Part shown: piece by piece, positions 46,434 to 56,437 of the stretch | Layout: each line of letters begins with the position of its first letter | Numbering within the stretch: position 1 is the stretch's first letter | Assembly (NCBI GenBank): GCA_965248355.1 | Contig: OZ252098.1 | Coordinates: 1,504,001 to 1,568,000 of the forward strand | Source: Candidatus Latescibacterota bacterium | GTDB lineage: Bacteria > Latescibacterota > UBA2968 > UBA8231 | Length of the DNA stretch: 64,000 nt | Reading direction: 5' to 3' | Notes under the pieces: model-generated | Told to the model about the DNA's origin: nothing | What the model saw: only the letters and a program-made list of their open reading frames with translations | Database searches by the model: none | Translations under genes and position numbers: made by a program

Positions 46434-47504
46434 TCAGGCGCCGTCGACGGGCGCGGGGAGCGTCACCCCCAGTTCACCGGCCAGGGCCGCGATCTGTCCC
46501 CAGGCAGTGTCGTCCACCTCCATCCCCTCCCGCAGCCGCCGCTCATGGATGCGGTGCGAGTTCTCCCCCGGCAGCATGACCTCCTCGAAGCCCTCCATGG
46601 GCGGACAGGACTTGAGCCAGTCGATGAAGTCGTCCACCTCGCCGAGGAACTCGTCCAGGTCGCGGAAGGCGGAGATGTCGTACACCGTGAGGAACAGGGC
46701 GTTGCCCGTCTCCGGCGGATCGGCTTGGCTGCAGCCCGCGCCCGACAGACCGCCGGCCAGGATGTCGATGACGAGGGCCAGACCGAAGCCCTTGTGGCCC
46801 ACCACCGGGAACCCCAGGGGCAGCATCGCCCCCGGAGGGTTGCCGAAGTAGTCCTCCACGTCCGTCGTCAGCCGGCCGTGCCCGTCGATGAGGGAACCCT
46901 CGGGGGCGGGGGTCCCGCGGTTCCGGTAGTCGCGCAGGGCGCCCCCCGAGGTCATGCTCGTCGTCATGTCGAGGACGATGGGCCAGTCTCGACGGGTCGG
47001 GATGCCCACGGCCAGCGGATTCGTCGGCAGGCGCCGCTCGCGCCCGCCGTACGGAGCCACGGCCAGGTCGGAGCCGTGGCCGTTGGCGCACAGCACGCCG
47101 ATCAGGTGCCCCCGGCGGGCGATGAGGTCGACGAAGCGCCCGAGGCGCGCCACGTGGTTGCAGTCCTTGACCGTCACCGCCACGATGGGGTGGGAGGCCG
47201 CGCGCTCGATGGCCAGCTCGGCGGCGCGGGCGGCGGTCACGGGGCCGAAGTTCCAGCCGCCGCTGACCTGCACGACCCCGCCCCTGTCGTGCAGGATCTC
47301 GAGCTCGGCGCCGGGCTTGACCTGCCCCTTGCGGACCATGTCGGTGTACTGGGGAAAGCGCAGGACCGAGTGCGAGTCGTGGCCCAGCAGCCCGGACTCG
47401 ACCATGTGGCCGGAGACCAACTCGGCCTCCGAGGGGGGCACGCCGACGGTGGTGAACAGGTCCCGGCCGAGTCGCTTCAGGTCCTGGGCGCGGAATCGCG
47501 GCAC
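46434..47504 (-). CDS. Ldh_2 family oxidoreductase
   Basis: GHDSH, NHVARLG, TNPLAVGIP, LDMTTS, LPLG..GHKGFGL, MLPGE; GTG after GGAGG. Confidence 0.9.
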   Translation of the reverse strand: MPRFRAQDLKRLGRDLFTTVGVPPSEAELVSGHMVESGLLGHDSHSVLRFPQYTDMVRKGQVKPGAELEILHDRGGVVQVSGGWNFGPVTAARAAELAIERAASHPIVAVTVKDCNHVARLGRFVDLIARRGHLIGVLCANGHGSDLAVAPYGGRERRLPTNPLAVGIPTRRDWPIVLDMTTSMTSGGALRDYRNRGTPAPEGSLIDGHGRLTTDVEDYFGNPPGAMLPLGFPVVGHKGFGLALVIDILAGGLSGAGCSQADPPETGNALFLTVYDISAFRDLDEFLGEVDDFIDWLKSCPPMEGFEEVMLPGENSHRIHERRLREGMEVDDTAWGQIAALAGELGVTLPAPVDGA

Positions 47505-47568
47505 ATTCCCTCCCGGGGTCGCTCGGTGGAACGCCGTGGAACGGCGGATACTCTTTGGAGGGGGGCCG

Positions 47569-48774
47569 TCAGCCGGCGTCGGCCGGCGGCGGCGTGACCA
47601 CCAGCGCATTGGCCACCGGCCGCTCGCCGGTCTGATCGGACGGCCGGTTCACTACCTGCTCGCGCACGACCATGGTCGTCGACCCGCCTCCGTCGAGATT
47701 GATCGCCTGGTAGGCGTTGCGGCGGCTCTTCGTGAAGGGTGCCAGGTCGCTGGACATCAACTCGGCCAGCTCGGGCAGGCTCATGCCGACGCTGTGACCG
47801 GGCTGCCGGCCGTCGACGGTGACCAGGAACAGGTAGCGGCCCTCCCTCGAGAGTCCGATGGCCGTGCGCGGATGCCGGTCGTTGGCGAAGGACTCACCCA
47901 GGTGCTCGCGCTTGTGCTCGATGGAGATCCCGCCGTCCCGGATGATCCGCGGCCCCCCGCCGATGGCCAGGTCGAGGCTTCCGGTGGAGGGAGGCAGGGC
48001 GCAGTAGAGGTGCACCGTGTCGCCCGCGCTGATCACCGGATGGCGGGCGAAGTCCTCCCCGCCGGCCACCAGCCACTGCCCTTGCTGCAGGATCAGGGGC
48101 CAGGCTTGGCGGCGCATCTGCACGACTCGCACCGCGGCCGTGTCGTTGACCAGGGAGGTCGTGCCGTGAAGGCTCTGCAGGAAGAACCCGACCGGCGCCC
48201 GCACCGAGTCCTGTCGCCCCCGGGCGTGGCGGTTGTAGAGGGTGAGCTCGCCGTCGGTGCGGGGCTCCCGGTTGAGGCGGGAGAGACGCAGCACCTGACC
48301 CGACTTCGTGATCAGGCCGGCGTTCAGCTCGAAGACGCCCGTATGCGGGCGGCCGTCGGCGGCGAGAGCAAAGGCGGAGCGCGAACGGGGCTCCCCGATC
48401 AGCTCGCCATCGGTGATCTGCACGCCGAGGGGGCGTACGGACGTGCCGGCGTGGAAGAAGTCGCCGTTGATGGCGGCCAGGGCGTCGGCGGCCAGGGCGC
48501 TCGTCTTCACCAGGCCGAGTCCTTCGACCGGCGATCTCACCGTGCGCAGCCGGACCCCGGCCTGCCACGCCTCCTGCAGGTCGATCTCGACCACGTGGAT
48601 CGCCCACGGGCCGTCGATCAGGTCGATGGCGTGGTGCCAGACGCCGGGTGCCAGAGTCTCGGTGTCGGCCGGGCCCGTGGAGCCGCCGTAGGCGCCCGGG
48701 AGGCACAGCGTGGCGGCTACTGCGGCGAGACGCAGAATCCGAGGGGCGGAGATAGAATCGGGGAGTCGTGCCAC
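47569..48774 (-). CDS. Phosphodiester glycosidase (NAGPA-like) family exported protein; start uncertain
   Basis: AAINGDFF, AIGGGP, RHPRTAIG, VTVDGRQ..SVGM, AINLDGGGST, NRPSD..ERPVAN. Confidence 0.88.
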   Translation of the reverse strand: MARLPDSISAPRILRLAAVAATLCLPGAYGGSTGPADTETLAPGVWHHAIDLIDGPWAIHVVEIDLQEAWQAGVRLRTVRSPVEGLGLVKTSALAADALAAINGDFFHAGTSVRPLGVQITDGELIGEPRSRSAFALAADGRPHTGVFELNAGLITKSGQVLRLSRLNREPRTDGELTLYNRHARGRQDSVRAPVGFFLQSLHGTTSLVNDTAAVRVVQMRRQAWPLILQQGQWLVAGGEDFARHPVISAGDTVHLYCALPPSTGSLDLAIGGGPRIIRDGGISIEHKREHLGESFANDRHPRTAIGLSREGRYLFLVTVDGRQPGHSVGMSLPELAELMSSDLAPFTKSRRNAYQAINLDGGGSTTMVVREQVVNRPSDQTGERPVANALVVTPPPADAG

Positions 48775-48900
48775 GTCAGCTTGCAGGGCGTGAATCAGGG
48801 GACGCCGCCGGGCGGGGGAGACCGCGCGGCGGATCGCGAAGGGCGCCAACGCCCAGAGGCGCCCGAGCCCGCAAAAACTACCTAGCCAGACCAAGCTCCG

Positions 48901-50154
48901 TCAAGGAAACTCTTTGCCGGTGGCGGTCACCTCCAGCGCACCGGCCCCGACGACGGCGCCGAACCCCATGCGCGAACGGATGTCGGTGATCGCCGCCCCG
49001 AGGCACCGCCGGCGGCGGCCGGACTCGCCGTCGAACAGGTCCTGCTGGCCGCTGGCCGGACTGGTGCGCGACGGCACGGCCGCGATCGTCCGGACCGCGA
49101 CGCGGCGCGCGTGGATCTGGCGGAACAGCGCCTCGGCCGCCGCGCACAGGACCGGGAAGTCGTCGGTGGCGGCGGCGAGCCGCGACGTTCGCTGCGCCCG
49201 GCGGTCGTCGGTGTAGGTGATGCGCAGGGTCAGGGACCGCGCCGCCAGGCCGCGCGACCGCAGCTCGTGGCAGGCGCGATCGACGGTGAGCGCCACGGCC
49301 GCGCGCAGCAGGCCGTCGTCGTTGGCGTCCTCGCGGAGCACGGTCTCGGCCTCGATGACCCCGGGCGCGCCTGGAAGCGCCTCGGCCTCCAGACCGTGGA
49401 CCGCCCCGTAGAGACGCTCCCCGGCCAGGCGGCCGAAGCGCCGCCGCAGGGCCCGTCGGTCGAGGGACAGCACCTGGTCCACCCTGTGGATGCCGTAACG
49501 GGCGGCCCGCTCACGGCAGGCCGAGCCGAGGCCGGGCAGATCGGCCAGCTCGGTGCGCGCCAGCACGCGGTCCTCGTCGCCCGGGGCGCACAGGGCGACG
49601 CCGCCGGGCAGGGCCTCGCGCCCCAGGGTGCGCGCCACCAGGCGGGCCGTGGAGACGCCGACGGCGATCTCGGCCAGGCCGCCGGCGTCGACGAGCTGCC
49701 GCCGGAGCTCGGCGCCCGCCGAGCGCCAGCCTTGAGCGCGGGCCGCGGGGGTCCCGCCGAGGTCGAGCAGCGCCGACAGCCTAGCCCACCCGTGGCGCAC
49801 CTGGAACACCGGGGTCCACCCCTCGAGGACGGCCGTCACGGACTCGGCGGCGGCGTTCTCGGCGGACTCGTCCCGGTCGACGACGGCGACCCGGCCCCGG
49901 TGCGCGCGGCGCATGGCGAACAGGGGCGTGCCCGGCTCGACCCCGAGATCGCGCGCCCGGGCGGAGACGGCCTGCACCGCCGCCCGGTGGCTGTCCCGGC
50001 TCTGCTGGAGGACGACGAAGGCCGAACCCCGCAGACCGGGGCAGGCGCGCTCGAGGGCCTGGGCGGCGAACCGGTCGACCTCGACGGCCAGCCACAGCGG
50101 TTGCGGCCGCGGCCGCGGCGGGCGGGCCACGGGACCCCTCGACAGGCGGGTCAC
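48901..50154 (-). CDS. Catalytically degenerate Y-family polymerase (ImuB/DinB-like)
   Basis: DinB-like fold (VEVDRFAAQ, AVSARARDLGVEPG, LADLPGLG, ITYTD) without the SIDE catalytic motif; clamp-binding-like QQDLF; GTG overlaps the dnaE2 stop. Confidence 0.8.
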   Translation of the reverse strand: MTRLSRGPVARPPRPRPQPLWLAVEVDRFAAQALERACPGLRGSAFVVLQQSRDSHRAAVQAVSARARDLGVEPGTPLFAMRRAHRGRVAVVDRDESAENAAAESVTAVLEGWTPVFQVRHGWARLSALLDLGGTPAARAQGWRSAGAELRRQLVDAGGLAEIAVGVSTARLVARTLGREALPGGVALCAPGDEDRVLARTELADLPGLGSACRERAARYGIHRVDQVLSLDRRALRRRFGRLAGERLYGAVHGLEAEALPGAPGVIEAETVLREDANDDGLLRAAVALTVDRACHELRSRGLAARSLTLRITYTDDRRAQRTSRLAAATDDFPVLCAAAEALFRQIHARRVAVRTIAAVPSRTSPASGQQDLFDGESGRRRRCLGAAITDIRSRMGFGAVVGAGALEVTATGKEFP

Positions 50155-53100
50155 GCCGCCACGCCCACGTCGGCGTACCGGTACTCCCGGCCGAAGCTGG
50201 CGGCCAGCTTCTCGGAAGCCCGCTCCAGATCCACCAGGCCCGGCGACCACTCTACCGCCCGCACCTGCTCGGCCACCAGGGAGCACGCGCCCCAGTCCTC
50301 CTCGACCCGGCCGTGGACCTCGAAGGGTCCGCCGCCGAGAACGGCGTCGGTGTATCGCTGGAACACGTCCGGCCACAGGATCACGTCGGCCGTCCCGCTC
50401 CTGTCTTCGAGGGTGAGGAACATCATCGGCTCGCCCGTTCTCTGGACGCCGTGGATGCGCTCGGTGACCTGACGGCCGAAGAGCTTGACGCGCCGTCCCG
50501 TGCAGCGCGGCAGGTCCCCCATGGGCACGGCGCCCCGCGAGGCCGGATGCAGTTCGAGGATCTCGAGCAGATCGCCGGAGAGCATGTAGCCGAGAAGCTC
50601 GAGCTCGTTCAGGCACCGCTGGGCCAGGTTGTAGTCGCCCAGGACGCCCGTCGGGACCTGCCGCGCCGGCGGCTCCATGGCGCCCGTGGCCGCGAACAGG
50701 CCGGCGCTCTCCTCCGGCGCGCCCCGGACGGCATGGAAGGCGTCGTCGAGGAGCCACAGGCTCTCGGGTTGGGTGAGCCCGAAACGGTCGAAGGCGCCCA
50801 CGAGGATCAGCCTTTCGATCTCGGCCTTGTGCAGGCGGATGCGCGAGGCGGATCCGGCCATGCGCTCGACGAAGTCGGCCAGGTCGCGGAAGGCGCCGTG
50901 GCCGCCGCGCTCGGCCTCGATCGCTTCGAGGGCGCCGCCGCGGACGCCGCGCACGTGCATCAGCCCGGGGCGGATCCGGCCGTCGCGTCCGATGTATCTC
51001 AGGCGCGAGTCGCCGATGTCCATGGGCAGGATGCGGCAGCCCCAGCGCCGGGCCTCGTCGAGGTACACGTCGCGGCGGTAGAATCCGTGGCCGTTGCTGA
51101 TCACGGCGGCGAGGAACTGCGCCGGGTAGTGGGCCTTGAGATAGGTGCACTGGAAGGAGAGCTGGGCGTACGTGGCCGAGTGGCTCTTGCAGAAGCTGAA
51201 CCCGGTGAAGGAGCTGACGCGCTCCCAGAGCTCCCGCGCCTGGGGCGCGGTGAGTCCGCTGTGGCTCATGCAGCCAGCGAGGAAATCGCGCTCCGTGCGC
51301 CGCCACTGGGCCTCGGCCGGGGCGCCCTCGTGCAGGGAGTTCATCATCTTGCGGATGCGATCCGCCTGGGCGAAGCTCAGACCCGCCACCTGGTGGCAGA
51401 TCTTGGTCACGTCCTCCTGGAAGACGCACACGTCGTGGGTCCGGCCCAGGATCGCCTCCAGGGCGGGGTGCACGAAGTCCCAGTCCCTGATGCCGGCCTG
51501 GCGCTTGCGCTCCCGCTCGACGTAGGTGGCGGCGTACCGGGAGCCGGCGGGGCGCACGAGGCTGGAGGTGATGGTGATCTCCTCGAAGGTCCCGGCCCGG
51601 GCTTTCTTGTTCAGCCGCGTCTGGGCCGGGCTCTCTATGTAGAAGATCCCCCTCGTCCGGCCCTTGCGGATGACGTCCCGCACGGCGCCGTCGGCGCAGC
51701 ACTTGTCCACGTCGACCCCCGGGTCCTCCTCGCCCTGCTCGGCCAGCTGCGCCAGGGCGTCGCGCAGGACCGAGAGCGAGCCGTTGCCGAGGATGTCGAA
51801 CTTGATCAGCCCGAGCTCGTCGATGCCGTTGTGCATGTCGATCTGGGTGATGACGCGGTCTTTCTCGCCGCCGGAGCGCTCGCAGGCGACGTGGCGGCGC
51901 ATGGGCTGATCGGTGATCAGCACGCCGCCCGGGTGCTGGCCCAGGAACCGCGGCTTGCCCCGGATCGTGGCGGCGAGCTCCCACAGGCGGCGGATCCCGG
52001 CGTCGTCGATGCGCGCCTCCCGCGACTTGTGGCTGCGGAGGATGCGGGTGACCTCGTCGTCGGTGTAGCCGTGGACCTTGGCCGTCTCGCGGAAGGCGGC
52101 GCGCCCGCGGAAGTGGTGGGTGGTGCAGGTGACCGCCACGTGCTCCTCGCCCCAGCGCCGGGTGATGAACCTCTGCACCTCGTCGCGCTCGTCCCAGCCG
52201 AAGTCGAGATCGGCGTCGGGCGGCGAGGCGCGGTCCTCGTTGAGGAAGCGCTGGAAGTAGAGGTCGTGGCGGATCGGATCGAGGTCGGAGACGCCGATGT
52301 TGTAGAACGTGATGCTGTTGGCGGCGCTGCCGCGCAGGATCGTGCAGTCCGTGGGCCGGCGGTAGCCGGATGCGAAGCGGCCATTGGCCCAGTCGCGGAT
52401 CTCCTTGACGATCAGGAAGTACGACGGGTAGCCGAGCTTCTCGATCGTCTCCAGCTCCATGCGCTGGATGCGCCGGGCCCGGGCGCAGGTGCCGCGGCCC
52501 CCGTAGTTGCGCTCGAGCCCCGCCCAGGCCAGCCGCTTCAGGTGGCTGGCCGGCGTCTCGCCCGGGGGCACGTCGACGCGCGGCAGGATCCACTCGCCCA
52601 GGGGCAGCTCGATGGAGCCGCACTCCTCGGCGAGGCGCTCGGCGGTGGCCAGGGCCCGGCGGTGGGACGGAAAAGCGGCCGCCATCTGGTCGGCGCTGCG
52701 CAGACAGGCCTGGGGCGAGGCGCACTCCCCGGGCCGCAGGCGCGACAGCGTGGAGTTGAGGCCGATGGCCGTGAGGAGCTGGTGCGTGCGCCACTGCCCG
52801 GGGTCGAGGAAGTAGCAGTCGTTCTGGGCGACCAGGGGCAGGTCCAGGGCCCTGGCGACGGCCTCGAGCTCGCGGCTGCGGCGGCGGGTGGCGGCCGAGT
52901 GGCCGATCAGCTCGCCGTAGAGGCGGTCCCGGTTGGGGGTGCCGGCCAGGACGCCGAGCAGCCCGGGCGAGGCGGTGAGCAGAACGAAGTCGGGCCACTC
53001 GCGGGCGAAGACCTCCTCGAAGCGGAAGCGGTCGGCCTCGAGGTGGCGGCGGGTGACCACCTCGCACAGGTCGGCGTAGCCTTTTGCGTTGCGGGCCAGC

Positions 53101-53441
53101 ACGACGAGGCGCTCCCGCCCGTGCGAGCCGGCGCCGTCGGCCCGCGGCGACATCCCGGCGGCGGCCGGGCCCTCCTCTTTCGGGAGACCCCGCCGGGCGC
53201 GGGCGGCCAGGACCTCTCCGCGGCGCGGCTCGGTCAGCTCGACCCCGAGGACGGGCCGCAGGCCCTGCCGGCGGCACTCCTCGTAGTGGAGGACGAGCCC
53301 CGACATGCGGTCGGTGTCGGTCAGTCCCACGGCCGGCATCCCCAGCTCCCTCGCTCTCCCCACGATTTCGGGAATACCGGGGACGCCGGCGTGGAACGAA
53401 AACGACGAGTGGCAGTGCAGGTGGACGAAGCTCAACCCCAT
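50151..53441 (-). CDS. dnaE2: Error-prone DNA polymerase III alpha paralogue (DnaE2/ImuC)
   Basis: PHP HLHCHSSFS, RGSAANS, FQRFLN, PDADLD, GQHPGG, KFDILG, FCKSH, YLKAHYP, OB fold FLTLED; short C-terminus; coupled to the ImuB-like gene. Confidence 0.9.
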   Translation of the reverse strand: MGLSFVHLHCHSSFSFHAGVPGIPEIVGRARELGMPAVGLTDTDRMSGLVLHYEECRRQGLRPVLGVELTEPRRGEVLAARARRGLPKEEGPAAAGMSPRADGAGSHGRERLVVLARNAKGYADLCEVVTRRHLEADRFRFEEVFAREWPDFVLLTASPGLLGVLAGTPNRDRLYGELIGHSAATRRRSRELEAVARALDLPLVAQNDCYFLDPGQWRTHQLLTAIGLNSTLSRLRPGECASPQACLRSADQMAAAFPSHRRALATAERLAEECGSIELPLGEWILPRVDVPPGETPASHLKRLAWAGLERNYGGRGTCARARRIQRMELETIEKLGYPSYFLIVKEIRDWANGRFASGYRRPTDCTILRGSAANSITFYNIGVSDLDPIRHDLYFQRFLNEDRASPPDADLDFGWDERDEVQRFITRRWGEEHVAVTCTTHHFRGRAAFRETAKVHGYTDDEVTRILRSHKSREARIDDAGIRRLWELAATIRGKPRFLGQHPGGVLITDQPMRRHVACERSGGEKDRVITQIDMHNGIDELGLIKFDILGNGSLSVLRDALAQLAEQGEEDPGVDVDKCCADGAVRDVIRKGRTRGIFYIESPAQTRLNKKARAGTFEEITITSSLVRPAGSRYAATYVERERKRQAGIRDWDFVHPALEAILGRTHDVCVFQEDVTKICHQVAGLSFAQADRIRKMMNSLHEGAPAEAQWRRTERDFLAGCMSHSGLTAPQARELWERVSSFTGFSFCKSHSATYAQLSFQCTYLKAHYPAQFLAAVISNGHGFYRRDVYLDEARRWGCRILPMDIGDSRLRYIGRDGRIRPGLMHVRGVRGGALEAIEAERGGHGAFRDLADFVERMAGSASRIRLHKAEIERLILVGAFDRFGLTQPESLWLLDDAFHAVRGAPEESAGLFAATGAMEPPARQVPTGVLGDYNLAQRCLNELELLGYMLSGDLLEILELHPASRGAVPMGDLPRCTGRRVKLFGRQVTERIHGVQRTGEPMMFLTLEDRSGTADVILWPDVFQRYTDAVLGGGPFEVHGRVEEDWGACSLVAEQVRAVEWSPGLVDLERASEKLAASFGREYRYADVGVAA

Positions 53442-53453
53442 CTCCCGGATAAC

Positions 53454-53490
53454 TGCACATATGTATACCTGGCCTTTGCAACCGGGTCAA
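53454..53490 (-). promoter_or_regulatory. dnaE2 promoter with an overlapping palindromic operator (candidate SOS box)
   Basis: TTGACC-N17-TATACA; TATACATATGTGCA (core palindrome ACATATGT) overlaps the -10 box. Confidence 0.6.
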
Positions 53491-53609
53491 GGGAAAAGCA
53501 GCGGCGGGCACGGATGCGCCCGGTCCGCGAGACGGGGGTCCGCGAGAACGGGCGACTACGGGCGACTAACGGTAGGTGGGAGGGTGTCCGGCGGGGCCGG
53601 GCCGCGGGC

Positions 53610-54632
53610 TCAGCCGCCGCCCAGATCGAGGGCCAGGACCCAGATGGGACCGTTGCCCACTTGAAGGACATCCAGAGGAGCCAGATGTCCGGTCTCGTCG
53701 TCGATGCGGTAGGTGGCCAGCTTGCCGGAGCCCTCGCCGAGAGCCAGCAGGTAGGCGCCGTCGGGATCGAGGGTGAAGGAGCGCGGCGTCGGCTCCGTGG
53801 GCGTGTGGCTGATCGGCTCCAGCGCCCCCGTCGATCCGTCGACGGAGAAGGCGGCGATCGAATCGTGGCCGCGGTTGGAGGCGTAGAGGAACTCCCCGGT
53901 GGGAGTGATGCGGATCTCCGCGCCGGTGTTGTCGCCCTCGAAGCCGATGGGCAGAGTCGACACGTTCTGGAACCGCGTCAGCGTCCCCTCGCGGGTATCG
54001 AGCTCATAGGCCGAGACCGAGGAGCTCTGCTCGTTGACGAAGTAGACCACATCCATGGCCGGGTGAAAGCAGAAGTGCCGCGGCCCCTCCCCCGGAGGCG
54101 GCTCGAGCCGCCGCTCCGCCGGGTTCGAGGACAGGCGCCCCGTCTTGTCGTCGAAGCGCAGCTGGTAGATCAGGTTCGGACCGGCCGTGTGGGGCACGAA
54201 GGCGAAGCGGTTGCTGGCGTCGACCTGAATCGAGTGGGCGCGCTCGGCGGTCTTGATGTTCATCACCGCCGGGGTGCCCACGGAACCGTCGCGGCGAATG
54301 GGATGCACCGCGGCCATCCCGGCGCGGTAATACGAGGTGAGCAGGAAGCGGCCGCTGGCGTCGGTGGAGAGGTAGCACGGGTCCGACTCCAGCGGCGCGG
54401 CGCCGAGAGGCGCGAGCCGCCCGCTGCCCTTGTCCAGGCGAAAGGCGGCGGCCTGGCGGGCGCCCCGCAGGCCAGCGTACAAAAACCGCTGCTGCGGGTC
54501 GACGCACAGGGGGCCGGGGCCGGGGCCGGCGGCAACGATGGCGTACGAGTCGAGGGCTCCCGTCTCGGGGTCCATGGCGTAGACGTTGATGCGGTCCTCG
54601 GCGCTGAGCGATACGTATACGTAGTACGGCAT
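53610..54632 (-). CDS. pgl: 6-phosphogluconolactonase (lactonase 7-bladed propeller)
   Basis: PCYLSTD, AHSI, GPRHFCFHP, VNEQSS, AEIRITP.GEFLYASNRGHDSI, PRSF. Confidence 0.88.
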   Translation of the reverse strand: MPYYVYVSLSAEDRINVYAMDPETGALDSYAIVAAGPGPGPLCVDPQQRFLYAGLRGARQAAAFRLDKGSGRLAPLGAAPLESDPCYLSTDASGRFLLTSYYRAGMAAVHPIRRDGSVGTPAVMNIKTAERAHSIQVDASNRFAFVPHTAGPNLIYQLRFDDKTGRLSSNPAERRLEPPPGEGPRHFCFHPAMDVVYFVNEQSSSVSAYELDTREGTLTRFQNVSTLPIGFEGDNTGAEIRITPTGEFLYASNRGHDSIAAFSVDGSTGALEPISHTPTEPTPRSFTLDPDGAYLLALGEGSGKLATYRIDDETGHLAPLDVLQVGNGPIWVLALDLGGG

Positions 54633-54689
54633 TCCCTCTCCCTAGAGGTCGAAAAACGGCTTCGGGCGGAAGGCCCGGGTCGGGCCGGG

Positions 54690-54953
54690 CTACCGCCGTC
54701 TCCGACGGCGCTTGGGACGGAAGGGGCGCTTCCCCTGCTGAAACTCGCTGATGCCGAGCGAATGGCCCAGAAGCTCCTGGCCGTCGAGGTTCGTGATCGC
54801 CTCCTTGGCGGCCGACTTGCTCGGCATGTCCACGAGGCCCCGGCCCCGTTCCCTCTGGATCTCCACGGCCGCGACCTTCCCGAAGATCTCGAAGAGCGTG
54901 CGCAGGTCGTCCTCGGTGGCGGCGCTGGACAGGTTGTCGACGGCGAGTCTCAT
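54690..54953 (-). CDS. RRM RNA-binding protein
   Basis: LAVDNLS...EDDLRTLFEIFGKV, RGRGLVDM, AITNLDG, Arg-rich tail; AAGGA RBS. Confidence 0.85.
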   Translation of the reverse strand: MRLAVDNLSSAATEDDLRTLFEIFGKVAAVEIQRERGRGLVDMPSKSAAKEAITNLDGQELLGHSLGISEFQQGKRPFRPKRRRRRR

Positions 54954-55111
54954 TGAATTCCTTCTCCGGCGCCCGGCGTGCTGGCGGAATGGCGGGGGAA
55001 GCAGCAGGGGCGGCGGCGGATGACGGCCGCCTGGAAGCAGGCGGCCACAAGAACCTTACCAATATAAGGGCCGGGGCCGGGGCCTCCAAGGTCCGGGGCC
55101 GGCGGCGGGCC

Positions 55112-56437
55112 TCAACCCCCGCCGGCCCCGGCGATGCAGTAGAGGTGCGTGGCCGTGCGGATGAACAGCTGCGAGCCGGCCACCGCGGGCGAGGACAAGG
55201 TGAACGATCCGTCGAGGGCGTTGGTGGCCAGGTGCCCGTACTCGGCGGCGGCGGCCAGCACCGTGGTGACCCCGTCCTCGTTGAGCACGTAGAGCTTGCC
55301 GTCGGCCACCACCGGCGAGGCGCTGACCCGGCCCTGGGCGGTGCGCACCGGCCCCCACACCACCCGGCCGGTGCGCGCGTCGAGGGCGGTCACCAGGCCG
55401 CGGTCGTCGACCATGTAGAAGTGCGTTCCGTCGCAGGCGGCGGTGGGCACGTCGGGGGCGCCGGCCCCCTCCCAGCGCCAGGCCAGATCGCCCTGGGCGA
55501 TGCGCCCCCCCTCGCCGACGCGGAAGGCCAGCAGCGGCTTCCGGCGGCTCTGGGCGTAGACCATGCCGCCCACGGCGATCGGCGATCCGACGATGCGGAA
55601 GTTGCCCTCTTTCCCCGGGTTCAGACCGCCCACCCGCCACAGCTCGCGGCCCGAGCCCGGGTCGTGGCCGGTGAGGTAGTCGGCGCCGGCCACGACGATC
55701 TGCGCGCCGTCGCCGGTGCGCAGCACGGCCGGGGTCGTGTACGCGTCGGGCGACTCCCCTGGCGCGTCGGTGGGCCGCTCGACGCGCCAGGCCAGATCGC
55801 CGGAGGCACCGTCGAAGGCGGCGAGGTACGACGGCGCGTCGGTGCGCATCCCGTGCAGGACCTCGACGATGAGCCGTCCGTCGTGCAGGGCCGGCGAGGA
55901 GGCGTAGCCCCACATGAGACCGAAGGCCCCGAACTCGGCCTGCAGGTCCCGCCGCCAGACCGGCTTCCCCTCCACGGTGAAGGCGGCGACCACACCGGTG
56001 CCGGTGACGGCCCAGACGTGGCGCCCGTCGGTGACCGGCGAGGGCGAGGTGTTGTTGTGCTTGCGCCAAGTGCGGTTGCCCCCCGCGAGGACGGCGCGCC
56101 ACAGCTCCTTCCCGTCGGCCCGCGACAGGCACAGCAGCAGCAGGTCGTCGCCCCCGGGATGGCGCTTGCTGCGGCGGCCTTCCTCCGGGGGCGCCGCCCC
56201 GGCTTCCGGCTCGGAGGGAGAGGTGACGAAGACGCGGTCACCCCAGACGATGGGGGTGCCGCCGCTCCAGGAGGGCAGCGGGCTCTTCCACAGGATGCCC
56301 TCGGCGGCGCTCCACTGCGACGGCAGGCCGGTGGCCGCGCTGACCCCGTTCTGGAGAGGTCCGCGCCACTGGGGCCAGTTCTCGGAAGCGGCACCGACGG
56401 AGACGGCGGCCAGCAGGATGCAGGGGAGGGTTCGCAT
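55112..56437 (-). CDS. Exported PQQ-like (BamB-type) beta-propeller protein
   Basis: Signal peptide, NWPQWRGP, SPSPVTDG, ASSP, AYTTP, ASPVVADG, SSPAVAG.LFIRT. Confidence 0.9.
   Translation of the reverse strand: MRTLPCILLAAVSVGAASENWPQWRGPLQNGVSAATGLPSQWSAAEGILWKSPLPSWSGGTPIVWGDRVFVTSPSEPEAGAAPPEEGRRSKRHPGGDDLLLLCLSRADGKELWRAVLAGGNRTWRKHNNTSPSPVTDGRHVWAVTGTGVVAAFTVEGKPVWRRDLQAEFGAFGLMWGYASSPALHDGRLIVEVLHGMRTDAPSYLAAFDGASGDLAWRVERPTDAPGESPDAYTTPAVLRTGDGAQIVVAGADYLTGHDPGSGRELWRVGGLNPGKEGNFRIVGSPIAVGGMVYAQSRRKPLLAFRVGEGGRIAQGDLAWRWEGAGAPDVPTAACDGTHFYMVDDRGLVTALDARTGRVVWGPVRTAQGRVSASPVVADGKLYVLNEDGVTTVLAAAAEYGHLATNALDGSFTLSSPAVAGSQLFIRTATHLYCIAGAGGG

Noticed and set aside
48901..53511. 1536-aa ORF (likewise 27698-32269, 34287-36635, 25541-27682, 58913-61348, 3784-6222 and 3835-6369 at full length)
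   Set aside because: The Arg/Pro/Gly-rich N-terminal parts are off-frame or antisense shadows of real neighbouring genes in high-GC DNA; only the C-terminal parts are real genes.
50313..54956. 1547-aa plus-strand ORF and other long antisense ORFs (e.g. 15567-18056, 28271-30508)
   Set aside because: They lie antisense to well-supported genes and have no recognisable motifs; this is the typical stop-poor reverse frame at high GC3.
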